From Chloroflexota bacterium (GTDB taxonomy: Bacteria > Chloroflexota > Limnocylindria > Limnocylindrales > CSP1-4), in the NCBI GenBank assembly GCA_043743315.1, contig JAYTWS010000009.1, forward strand, positions 1 through 46,988: DNA of 46,988 nt, read 5' to 3'. The translations under genes were made by a program, and so were the position numbers. This document shows positions 25,389 through 35,653 of the stretch, one piece after another. The notes beneath the pieces were generated by a model, which was not told the origin of the DNA, searched no databases, and saw nothing but the letters and a program-made list of their open reading frames with translations. The stretch's first letter is position 1. Each line of letters starts with the position of its first letter.

Positions 25389-26705
25389 ATGGCCACGACC
25401 GAACAGCGCACCGGTTTCCGACTTCCCTGGGCTTCCGATGCGTCCACGAAGACCGACTCGACGTCGCCCGAGGGCGATGTCATCGACGACACGCCCGTCG
25501 GCGCTGCCGAAGGGACCGCGGTCGAGACCCGAGTCGAGACCGGGTTCGAGACCGGGTTCGAGACTTCAGCGGGATCGGATCCGGCCACGGAGTTGGCGGA
25601 GGAGTCTGCCCTCGTGGAGGACGTGGTGAAGGATTCATTCTTCACCAACCTGGCGGGACGCGCCGGTTGGGACGCCGATCCATTGCCGGCGATCGTCGCT
25701 CCGACGACCACGCCCGACGAAGCGGCCGTCGAGGCGCCGCGCCAGCAGCGCCGGGTCAACCCTCTCGTCGCGGGCCTGGTCCGGGCGATGGTCGAGGCGG
25801 CCGAGGCCGCGCGCCACGAAGTCATCGCTGGCCTGACCGACGCAACCAAAACTCGCAAAGAGCAAATCCAGATCGAGTCGACCGATTCCGAAGCGGAGGC
25901 CCGCGCGACGACCGACCAGGACATCGCGGAGATTCGCGATTGGTCCAAGGCCCAGACCGCACGCATTCGTGGCGAAACCGATGTCCGGATCACCAACCGC
26001 AAGCGCCAGCTCGAGACACAGACCGGCGACTTGAGCGCGCTTACGCAGCGTCGAATCGGCCACGTCGAACAAACCGTCGAGGCGTACGAGAGCCAGATGG
26101 ATGCCTTCTTCCAGACACTGTTCGAACAGGACGACCCGGCGTACCTGGCCGCCCTCGCCCAGCAGCTCCCTGAGCCGCCTGATCTCGCCGACGAGACGGG
26201 ACTTGACGAGTGGACGCCGACCTCGGCAATCAAACCGACTGCCTCGTCGCAGTCGTTCGCGCCCGAGATGACGGCAACGTTCGCGCTCGTCGCCAACGAC
26301 GACGACGACCAGGTCCATGAGATCCTCGAGCAGCAATCGACGATCGTCGCCCAGTCGGATGCCACGACGTCGGAACTCCCGCCGTCGGAGGCAGAGCCTT
26401 CAACGGACGCATCTCCCGCCTACGACCTGGTCGGCGTGCCGGCCGTCACCCTCCTGTCCGTCGTCGGCCTGGTCAGCGTTGCCAGCATCGCGGCCTTCAA
26501 GCGGGCCGTCGCCAAGGCGCCCGGCGTCGAGGCGATCTCGGTCGTGTCGGGTCCGGCGGGCGACTTCGTGTTCACCGTTCGGCACCATGTCGACACGGAT
26601 GTCGCGGGAATTGTGAACGGGCTCGAGGAATTCAAAGCCGTCATCACCAACAAGGACGAGGGCGTCCTGTCTATCACGGCAACGGCCCCGGCCGGCCTCA
26701 ACTAG
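25389..26705 (+). CDS. hypothetical protein: acidic N-terminus, central coiled coil, compact C-terminal alpha/beta domain
   Basis: ATG 25389 within ORF 25056..26705; 438 aa with good GC3. Central heptad-like, charged region (AEIRDWSKAQTARIRGETDVRITNRKRQLETQTGDLSALTQRRIGHVEQTVEAYESQMDAFF). C-terminal domain VTLLSVVGLVSVASIAAFKRAVAKAPGVEAISVVSGPAGDFVFTVRHH... No family recognised. Confidence 0.7.
   Translation: MATTEQRTGFRLPWASDASTKTDSTSPEGDVIDDTPVGAAEGTAVETRVETGFETGFETSAGSDPATELAEESALVEDVVKDSFFTNLAGRAGWDADPLPAIVAPTTTPDEAAVEAPRQQRRVNPLVAGLVRAMVEAAEAARHEVIAGLTDATKTRKEQIQIESTDSEAEARATTDQDIAEIRDWSKAQTARIRGETDVRITNRKRQLETQTGDLSALTQRRIGHVEQTVEAYESQMDAFFQTLFEQDDPAYLAALAQQLPEPPDLADETGLDEWTPTSAIKPTASSQSFAPEMTATFALVANDDDDQVHEILEQQSTIVAQSDATTSELPPSEAEPSTDASPAYDLVGVPAVTLLSVVGLVSVASIAAFKRAVAKAPGVEAISVVSGPAGDFVFTVRHHVDTDVAGIVNGLEEFKAVITNKDEGVLSITATAPAGLN
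25521..25568. repeat. in-frame 12-bp tandem repeat (4 copies)
   Basis: GTCGAGACCCGA GTCGAGACCGGG TTCGAGACCGGG TTCGAGACTTCA, encoding VETR-VETG-FETG-FETS in the acidic N-terminus of the coiled-coil protein. Confidence 0.8.
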
Positions 26706-26722
26706 AACGGAGTTCATCCGAC

Positions 26723-27973
26723 ATGCGACGCCCCACTATCGCCGTCGCGCTGCCTGAATCGGAGCGAGCGACCGTCCTCGAATGCCTCGCTGGAGCTGAA
26801 TTCGGTACGGTCGTGCTCGAGACCGCAGCGGAATTGGAGCGGGTCGTGGAAGGCGGACTTCCGGTCGGCCTGGCGATCCTGGACATGACCGACGATCCAT
26901 CGGCGGTGGCTTCGACCCTGGCGGCGCAGCGTGCGCGAGGGGTCGACGTGCCGTCCCTGATCATCGCGACGGCATCGCAGTTCGATGCCCTCGGCGAGGA
27001 GGATGCGTTCGGGCCCAATGACGAGCTCGTCCTCCGGCCCGTCGATGCGGATGGCATCCGGTGGCGTGCCGAAGCCATGTTGATCCGCTCCCAGGTCGAT
27101 TCGAATGAGCACGAGAGCACCGTGCTGTCGCGTGGACAGGTCGAGGCGGATTGGGCGGCGCGTACACCGATCGTCGCGATCTTCAATCCGAAAGGCGGCG
27201 TCGGCAAGACCACGATCGCCACGAACCTCGCCACGGCCCTCCAGGTTCGGCGCGACCGAAAGGTCCTCCTCGTGGATGCCGATACCGTCACCGGTCACGT
27301 CACCCTGTCGCTGGGCATGGAGACGGGCCGTACGATGAGCGACGCGTGGCTGGACGAGGATGAAGGCGGTCCCGCTGAGACGATGCTCGAGGTCGCCGGC
27401 GTCCATGACACCGGCATCCGAGTCGTCGCCCTGGTCGCGAACCCGCTCGCGATGGTCAATCTGAACGCGGAACGCGTTGCCGAGGCGATCCTGGCGGCTC
27501 GCTGGGGCGTCGACGTGATCGTGGTCGACCTGCATCCCTCGTACAGCGAGGTCAATCAGACGGTCTTCAGCATCGCCGACCGGATCATCGTGCCGGTGAC
27601 GCCGGACCTGCCGGCGATCCGGGCTGCCGTCCAGATGTGCGACGTGGCGACGGAGCTCGGCGTTCGGGATCGGCTCGCGCTGGTCGTCAATCGCGTCAAT
27701 AGCGGCGTCTCGATCGACCAGATGGAGCAGGCCGTCGGCCTCAAGGCCATGGCGACGATCCACTCCGGCGGGATGAGCTTCGTCAAGGCGGCCAACGTGG
27801 GCCGCACCGTCATCGACATGTTCCCGAGGGATCCGGTCAGCAGGGACTTCGAGGGTCTCGCCGACTTCGTGCTCGGGATCGACATCTCCGCATCCGCCGC
27901 GGAGGGTGCGGCATCGAAGGGCACGTCGCTTCTCAGTGGCCTCTTCGGTCGAAAGCAGCCCGCTCGAACCTGA
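26723..27973 (+). CDS. receiver-like domain fused to a ParA/MinD-family (CpaE/TadZ-like) P-loop ATPase
   Basis: GGAG lies about 10 nt upstream and the gene starts 17 nt after the previous gene. The N-terminal 120 aa have a CheY-like layout (IAVALPE...GLAILDMTDD...LIIATAS...VLRPV). Deviant Walker A NPKGGVGKTT (27191-27214) and LLVDADT. Confidence 0.8.
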   Translation: MRRPTIAVALPESERATVLECLAGAEFGTVVLETAAELERVVEGGLPVGLAILDMTDDPSAVASTLAAQRARGVDVPSLIIATASQFDALGEEDAFGPNDELVLRPVDADGIRWRAEAMLIRSQVDSNEHESTVLSRGQVEADWAARTPIVAIFNPKGGVGKTTIATNLATALQVRRDRKVLLVDADTVTGHVTLSLGMETGRTMSDAWLDEDEGGPAETMLEVAGVHDTGIRVVALVANPLAMVNLNAERVAEAILAARWGVDVIVVDLHPSYSEVNQTVFSIADRIIVPVTPDLPAIRAAVQMCDVATELGVRDRLALVVNRVNSGVSIDQMEQAVGLKAMATIHSGGMSFVKAANVGRTVIDMFPRDPVSRDFEGLADFVLGIDISASAAEGAASKGTSLLSGLFGRKQPART

Positions 27974-28031
27974 CACGGGACACCGGGCGGCTGCCTGAAG
28001 CCGAAGGGTTCGAGCCGGCTCGGCGAGGACT

Positions 28032-28655
28032 CTAGGGGCGGTGCATGAAACCCGGGAGAGTCGCGTACGGCCGACCCGTTGCCCGGTCCACCTGGATGAC
28101 GTCGCGCAGATAGAACCGGTTGACGAGGACTGCGTCGGCCGACCCGATGTCGAGCGTTGCGTCACCGAGCTTGACGTCCGGATCCGTGATCGCCACGAAC
28201 ATCTGCGCTCCACGATCCAGGAGCGATTCAGGCACCGCACCAGGATGGATCTGGACGCTCCCGATCACCGTGAACGGTGGAGCCACCAAAGCAATGTCAA
28301 ACGAGACCTTGTGAACCCGATGCGCGGCCCGCTCGTCATCGGTTTTCGCTGCAAGCGTGTCCGAACCGGCAATCACGATGATCAGGTCGTACGGGTCGAC
28401 CTCCTGGATACCGGGGGCGGGCTCGAAATCCGCACTGCCATCGAGCGGCGCCCACCCGACGTCGGTCACCGGAATCGCCTCCCGCTGGTTGACGACATCG
28501 AGGAGACGCCCGGTCATGACCAGCCGGCCGTCGAGGCGCCACTCGGCGGTGAACCCCTGGAACGCGATCGCCCTTGGTACATTCGAAGCGGCGACCGGCA
28601 CATCGGGAGGCGGCGGCGCGGCCGCGACGTCCTTTCTGCCAAACCCGAAGGGCAC
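28032..28655 (-). CDS. hypothetical protein (207 aa), co-transcribed with acs
   Basis: GTG 28655 is preceded by GAGGAG at 7 nt, 3 nt after the acs stop. No motif recognised (MPFGFGRKDVAAAPPPPDVP...FTAEWRLDGRLVMTGRLLDVVNQ...). Confidence 0.65.
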   Translation of the reverse strand: MPFGFGRKDVAAAPPPPDVPVAASNVPRAIAFQGFTAEWRLDGRLVMTGRLLDVVNQREAIPVTDVGWAPLDGSADFEPAPGIQEVDPYDLIIVIAGSDTLAAKTDDERAAHRVHKVSFDIALVAPPFTVIGSVQIHPGAVPESLLDRGAQMFVAITDPDVKLGDATLDIGSADAVLVNRFYLRDVIQVDRATGRPYATLPGFMHRP

Positions 28656-28658
28656 GCC

Positions 28659-30650
<1,992 letters not shown>

Positions 30651-30725
30651 TCCGGGACACGATCGGGGCCGCATCGTCGAAGGCAGCGAGGCTGACGAGC
30701 ATCCTAGCGTGCCGGTGGGCGCCGG

Positions 30726-31664
30726 TCACTCCTCCGGCGCGAGATCGTCGTCCGTCGGGCCTGCCGCCCCGGCCGGCGTCGCGAGGGCAGGCTCGAGACG
30801 ATTGAGCACGACACGGTGCGGGTACGGGATCTCGATGTCGTGGGCCTTGAACGCGGCCAGCAGGCGCTTTCGCAGCTCTCCGGGGGCGGCCCAGCGCTCC
30901 GCAGCCCGCACGGTCCCGAAGATCTTGAGGGTCACACCGTACTCACCGAACGCCTCGATCCGGTCGACCTTGGGCGCCTCCAGAATGCGCCGCTTCCAGG
31001 CCGGATCGGATGCCATGTCCCGACCAACGGTATCCACGACCTGAATGGCCTTGTCGATGTCCGTGGCATAGGCAACGCTGACCTCCAGGTTCACCCGCGC
31101 CCAGACCCTGGTGAGGTTGCTGGCCACCCGGATCTCGCCGTTCGGGACGGTATGGACGATGCCATCGACGTCCCGCAGGGTCGTCCGTCGAAGGCTGAAA
31201 TCCTCGACCGTGCCCGAGACCCCGGCAACGTTGACGATGTCGCCGCGGCTGAACTGGTTCTCGATCAGGATCAGGGCCCCGTTCAGATAATCCCTGACGA
31301 GATGCTGGGCTCCGAAGCCGACGGCGACCCCGACGATCCCGAGGCCCGCGATCGCCGGTCCGATTTCCACGTGGACTGTCTGGAGCACCATCAGGCTCGC
31401 AATCGCGAGAACAAAGAAGCGGACAACGCGACCACCGAGGTCGTCGAGCGTATCCATGCGCTTCTTCAGCTCGACCGCCGAAAGCTCCTGAGCCGTGCCT
31501 TCGGTCACCTCGCGGTCCATGAGCGCCTTGACGATCCGATGGACGAACAGGCGCGAGCCACGGACCAGCACGATCGTGATCGCGATGATGATCAGGATGG
31601 GCAGGATGTCGCGTCTGAGGATTGGCACGACCGCGTCCCACGGAGGTTTGCTGAAATCCGGCAT
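30726..31664 (-). CDS. small-conductance mechanosensitive channel (MscS family)
   Basis: Three N-terminal helices, then FSRGDIVNVAGVSGTVEDFSLRRTTLRDVDGIVHTVPNGEI, the MscS beta-domain signature. Confidence 0.85.
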   Translation of the reverse strand: MPDFSKPPWDAVVPILRRDILPILIIIAITIVLVRGSRLFVHRIVKALMDREVTEGTAQELSAVELKKRMDTLDDLGGRVVRFFVLAIASLMVLQTVHVEIGPAIAGLGIVGVAVGFGAQHLVRDYLNGALILIENQFSRGDIVNVAGVSGTVEDFSLRRTTLRDVDGIVHTVPNGEIRVASNLTRVWARVNLEVSVAYATDIDKAIQVVDTVGRDMASDPAWKRRILEAPKVDRIEAFGEYGVTLKIFGTVRAAERWAAPGELRKRLLAAFKAHDIEIPYPHRVVLNRLEPALATPAGAAGPTDDDLAPEE

Positions 31665-31693
31665 GACGGGAGCGTAGCCGATGGCGTGCCCGA

Positions 31694-31759
31694 GGGGCCG
31701 TGCCAGTGGCCGTGGTCAGGCAGCTGTGCCCGGGGCCGTGCCAGGCGCCGTGGTCAGGC
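31694..31759. repeat. 28-bp direct repeat, two copies at 38-bp period, spanning the IclR-family stop codon
   Basis: GGGGCCGTGCCAGTGGCCGTGGTCAGGC (31694-31721) versus GGGGCCGTGCCAGGCGCCGTGGTCAGGC (31732-31759), with 2 mismatches. The second copy contains the stop (TCA on plus at 31754-31756). Confidence 0.8.
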
Positions 31760-32524
31760 GGTCGTGCCACCCAGGCGAACGGTAATTGCCATCGCAGCCT
31801 CCCGCGCCTGCGTCGCGAGCTCGGGCAGGCGGCGCGGCGACAGCCTGAAGGCGGGGCCCCACACCTCGACGGCTGCGATGACCTGGCCGCGTGCGTCGCG
31901 GACCGGGGCCGCAATCGCGTTGAGGCCGTTTTCGAGCTCACTCGCGGACGTCGCGTAGCCGCGCCGTCGGGCGCGCGCGAGGTCGGCCAGCAGCGGCTCG
32001 ATCTCGGTCAGCGTCCGTTCCGTGTACCTGATCAACCCCAGGCGCACGATCCGGAGGACCTCGCGTTCGGCGAGCGACGCCAGGAGGACCTTGCCGGAGG
32101 CGTTGGCGTGGAGGGTCGAGGTCCGGCCGGTCCAATCGCCGACGGCGATCAGGCTCGGGCCATCAGCCTGCGCGACGAAGCGCACATGGTCGGCGTCGAG
32201 GACGCCCAGGCCAGCCGTCTCGTGCGTCAGGCGGGCCAGCCGCTCGAGCTCGGGCAGGGCGATCGCCCGGAGATCCAGGGTTCGCTCGGCCCGTTCGGCG
32301 AGGCGGATGACGACCAGCCCGAGCCGGTACTTCCCGGATTCACCGTCCTGCTCCACCAGTCCGCGCCGCTGGAGGGTCGAGAGCAGGCGTGAGGCGGTGG
32401 ACTTGTGCAGGCCGAGGCGACGGGCGAGTTCGGTGACGCCGGCCTCGCCCTGGCTGTCGCCGAGGGCGATCAGGAGCGACGCGGCTCGATCCACGCTGCG
32501 GACCACGTTGCCGTCGAGGCTCAT
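31754..32524 (-). CDS. IclR-family transcriptional regulator
   Basis: ATG 32524: MSLDGNVVRSVDRAASLLIALGD...GVTELARRLGLHKSTASRLLSTLQRRGLVEQD (wHTH), followed by an IclR effector domain. Confidence 0.85.
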   Translation of the reverse strand: MSLDGNVVRSVDRAASLLIALGDSQGEAGVTELARRLGLHKSTASRLLSTLQRRGLVEQDGESGKYRLGLVVIRLAERAERTLDLRAIALPELERLARLTHETAGLGVLDADHVRFVAQADGPSLIAVGDWTGRTSTLHANASGKVLLASLAEREVLRIVRLGLIRYTERTLTEIEPLLADLARARRRGYATSASELENGLNAIAAPVRDARGQVIAAVEVWGPAFRLSPRRLPELATQAREAAMAITVRLGGTTA

Positions 32525-32534
32525 CGACCGCGCA

Positions 32535-33944
32535 TCATTTCTTTGCGTTGTCGGCCGCCGCGCCGAACCCGAGCGCCTCGCTCCCGCTCTGCCCAAGTTC
32601 GCCGCGAGCCCGGGCATCGAGTGCCGCCTTGAGCGACTCCTCGAACGCGGTCACGGCAAGATCCACCGAATCGTCCTTCGCGTGCGCCTCGCACACGAAC
32701 CACGGTTCGCGACTGTCCGGCTCCGGCATCGCGCCGCGGGCGTGCATGCCGACCGCGATCGCGTCGTACAGCTCGTGGTCTGTGTCGGCCCAATCGCGGT
32801 ATTCAGTCGCGACCTTGTCCGTGAACATGATCCCGAACATCGACGGGTGGCCGGTGAAGTGGTACGGCAGGCCTGCCTCATTGACCACCTCTCGCAGGCC
32901 ATCCTGGATCCGGCGCCCGGTTCGGTGAACGGTCTCGAGTGCGTCTGTGTCACGGATGATCTCGAGTGTCTTGACGGCGGCGGCGGCGGCGACCCGGTTG
33001 CCCGCATACGTGCCGCCATGGCTGACCTTGTCCGGGAGCAGACTCATGATGTCCCGGCGGCCGCCGAACGCCGCGGCGGGGTAGCCGTTGCCCATTGCCT
33101 TGGCATAGGACGCCAGGTCCGGGGTGATCCCGAAGTACTCGGCCGCTCCGCCCTTGGCGAACCGGAAGCCCGTCTTGACCTCATCGAAGATGAGCAGGAT
33201 GCCGAACTCGGCGGTCAACGCGCGCAGGGCCTTGTGGAACCCCTCCTGGGGCAGGATGCCCTGGGCATTGCCGAGAACCGGCTCGACAATGACCGCCGCG
33301 ATCTCGTGGCCCTGTCGTTCGAACAGGCGACGCAGGCGCTCGATGTTATTGAAGCGGGCCGGGATGATCGTGCTGGCAACAACCGCGGGGATGCCCCGGC
33401 CCCAGGCCAGGCCGACCGGGTTGTCCGCGTCGCCGAGATCGGCCATGTTGTTGGGCGACACGCTGATCAGCGCGTAGTCGTGCAGGCCGTGGTACTGGCC
33501 CTCGAACTTGACGATCTTGTCGCGACCGGTGAAGGCCCGGGCCAGACGCATCAGGTGCATCGTGGCTTCGGTGCCGGAGACCGTCATCCGCGCCATGTCC
33601 ACCCAACCGGTGAGCTCGCACAGCAGCTCGAGGGCGCGGACCTCGTCCTCGCTGGTCAGCGAGAAGCTGACACCGCGGCGCATCCGCTCGTTGACGTAGT
33701 CATCGACGCGATCGTCGCCATGGCCGAGGATCACCGGGCCATAGCCCATCCGCAGGTCGACGAACTCGTTGCCGTCGATATCCCAGACGCGCCCGCCTTT
33801 GCCACGATCGACGTAGATCGTGTCTTCGCCCCACGCCCGAAAGTTGGAGTTGGTACCGCCCGGGAGGGTCTTGCTTGCTTGGCGATAAAGCTCGAGCTGG
33901 CGGGCGCGCGACCGGGGCGCTGGGGTATTCGAGGGGCCTGGCAT
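32535..33944 (-). CDS. class III (PLP-dependent) aminotransferase, GSA-aminomutase-like
   Basis: GGAGG lies 5 nt before the ATG. GGTNSNFRAW, VDLRMGYGPVILGH, and LIFDEVKTGFR (Schiff-base Lys). Confidence 0.85.
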   Translation of the reverse strand: MPGPSNTPAPRSRARQLELYRQASKTLPGGTNSNFRAWGEDTIYVDRGKGGRVWDIDGNEFVDLRMGYGPVILGHGDDRVDDYVNERMRRGVSFSLTSEDEVRALELLCELTGWVDMARMTVSGTEATMHLMRLARAFTGRDKIVKFEGQYHGLHDYALISVSPNNMADLGDADNPVGLAWGRGIPAVVASTIIPARFNNIERLRRLFERQGHEIAAVIVEPVLGNAQGILPQEGFHKALRALTAEFGILLIFDEVKTGFRFAKGGAAEYFGITPDLASYAKAMGNGYPAAAFGGRRDIMSLLPDKVSHGGTYAGNRVAAAAAVKTLEIIRDTDALETVHRTGRRIQDGLREVVNEAGLPYHFTGHPSMFGIMFTDKVATEYRDWADTDHELYDAIAVGMHARGAMPEPDSREPWFVCEAHAKDDSVDLAVTAFEESLKAALDARARGELGQSGSEALGFGAAADNAKK

Positions 33945-34152
33945 GTTGCCTCCGACGGTGACTTGAAACGAGAAGGTGGCGATCCGGGATACGAAACGCG
34001 GTGTTGCGGTGGGCGGAACGCGGGCTCCAATCGTGCCATATCGCTCTCGATGCCGTCAACGCGAGATTCGTCCACCAGTCGGGCGTGGCCTTCGAAATCC
34101 GTGCGAGACGGCCCGTCGAGGTCGGCGATACGCATGAATTCGGCGCAGGGTC

Positions 34153-34169
34153 GCCGGTCGCCGACCGGC
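34153..34169. promoter_or_regulatory. perfect 8-1-8 palindrome (operator candidate)
   Basis: GCCGGTCG-C-CGACCGGC, 17 nt upstream of the GTG start of the FAD oxidoreductase, in the 241-bp divergent region shared with the aminotransferase-IclR operon. Confidence 0.4.
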
Positions 34170-34185
34170 CGCGTAGGATGGCGCG

Positions 34186-35580
34186 GTGCACCCACTTCCC
34201 ATCAACGACCCCTCCGGCCCGGGCTTCTGGCTGGCCGGGGCCCCGGATTCCCCTGAGCCCGCCCTCCACGGGTCGAGGCGAACCGATGTCGCGATCATCG
34301 GCGGCGGATTCACCGGCCTGTGGACGGCCATTCAGCTGCTCGATGCGGATCCGGCGCTCCGGGTCACGATCCTTGAGATGGAACGCGTCGGATTCGGGGC
34401 GTCCGGCCGAAACGGCGGCTTCTGCGATGCCTCGCTGACCCACGGGCTGGCCAATGGCATCGCCCACTTCCCGTCGGAGATCCGTGAGCTCGAGGCCGAA
34501 GGCCGACGAAACCTCGCCGAACTGGTGGCGTTCGTGGCCGCTGAGGGCATCGACTGCGGACTCGAGCAAACTGGGTCCCTGCGTGTCGCCGACCAGCCCT
34601 ACCAGGTCGACGAGCTTCGAGCCAGCGCCGACCTCGCCCGCGCCTATGGCGTTGACACGGTGCTCCTCGACCGGGCAGGGGTCTGGGAAGAGATCCACTC
34701 TCCCGTGTTCGAGGCAGGCCTCCTGTCGGGCCCTGACCAGACGGTGATGCTCGATCCGGCTCGCCTGGCGCGAGGCCTGAAGCAGGCTGCCCTTCGGCGC
34801 GGCGCGACCATCCACGAGCGGACACGGGTCGTCGGGCTCGAGCGCCTCGCCGGCTCGGTCCGCCTGCTGACCGAGTCGGGCGCCCGGCTTGTCGCCCAGC
34901 ACGTGGTCGTGGCCACGTCGGCCTATTCAGGCTGGCTGGCCCGCCTGCAACGGCTGTTCGTTCCCGTCTACGACTACGTTCTGGTGTCCGACCTGTTGAC
35001 CCCCGAGCAGCAGGATTCCATCGGCTGGCGGCGGCGCATGGGCGTCTCGGACTCCGGCAACCAGTTCCACTACTTCCGGTTGACCGCCGACAACCGGATC
35101 CTGTGGGGTGGCTACGACGCGATCTACCACCCGGGGAACCGCGTCGGTCCGGAACTTGACGAGCGCCCGACGACGTTCGAACGCCTTGAGCGGCACTTCG
35201 AACGCGCATTCCCGCAGCTCGCCGACCTCCGGTTCCCGTGGCGCTGGGGTGGCGCCATCGACACGACGAGTCGGTTCATGGTCACGGTCGGCCAGTCGAT
35301 GGGGGGCCGCCTGACCTATGCACTCGGCTACACGGGCCTGGGTGTCGGGGCGGCCCGATGGGCGGGCGGCATCATCCGCGACATGATCCTCGATCCGACC
35401 GCCGATCGGCTCCAGCTCGAGATCGTCAGGAGCGCCCCATTCCCGTTCCCGCCCGAGCCAGCTCGATGGCTCGCCGTCGAGGCCGTTCGACGGGAGCTGG
35501 CCCGGGCGGACGACAACGAGGGCCGCCGCGGCCTGCTTCTCCGAACACTCGACGTGGTCGGGGTCGGCTTCGACTCCTGA
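34186..35580 (+). CDS. FAD-dependent oxidoreductase (DAO family, gamma-glutamylputrescine-oxidase-like)
   Basis: GTG start. DVAIIGGGFTGLWTAIQL dinucleotide fold, SGRNGG, and a C-terminal GYTGLGV motif. Confidence 0.8.
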   Translation: MHPLPINDPSGPGFWLAGAPDSPEPALHGSRRTDVAIIGGGFTGLWTAIQLLDADPALRVTILEMERVGFGASGRNGGFCDASLTHGLANGIAHFPSEIRELEAEGRRNLAELVAFVAAEGIDCGLEQTGSLRVADQPYQVDELRASADLARAYGVDTVLLDRAGVWEEIHSPVFEAGLLSGPDQTVMLDPARLARGLKQAALRRGATIHERTRVVGLERLAGSVRLLTESGARLVAQHVVVATSAYSGWLARLQRLFVPVYDYVLVSDLLTPEQQDSIGWRRRMGVSDSGNQFHYFRLTADNRILWGGYDAIYHPGNRVGPELDERPTTFERLERHFERAFPQLADLRFPWRWGGAIDTTSRFMVTVGQSMGGRLTYALGYTGLGVGAARWAGGIIRDMILDPTADRLQLEIVRSAPFPFPPEPARWLAVEAVRRELARADDNEGRRGLLLRTLDVVGVGFDS

Positions 35581-35653
35581 CGGCAGGGGCGGGGCCTCGA
35601 CAAGCCCGGAGCCGATGCAGGCGAGACGGGTTGCCGCGCCGGATTCGTCAGCG

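Noticed and set aside
25202-26365. N-terminal 388 residues of the 746-aa ORF 24125..26365.
   Set aside because: This part is Ser/Arg-rich and antisense to the well-behaved plus-strand gene 25389..26705. MoaA homology begins only about 20 residues after the ATG at 25201.
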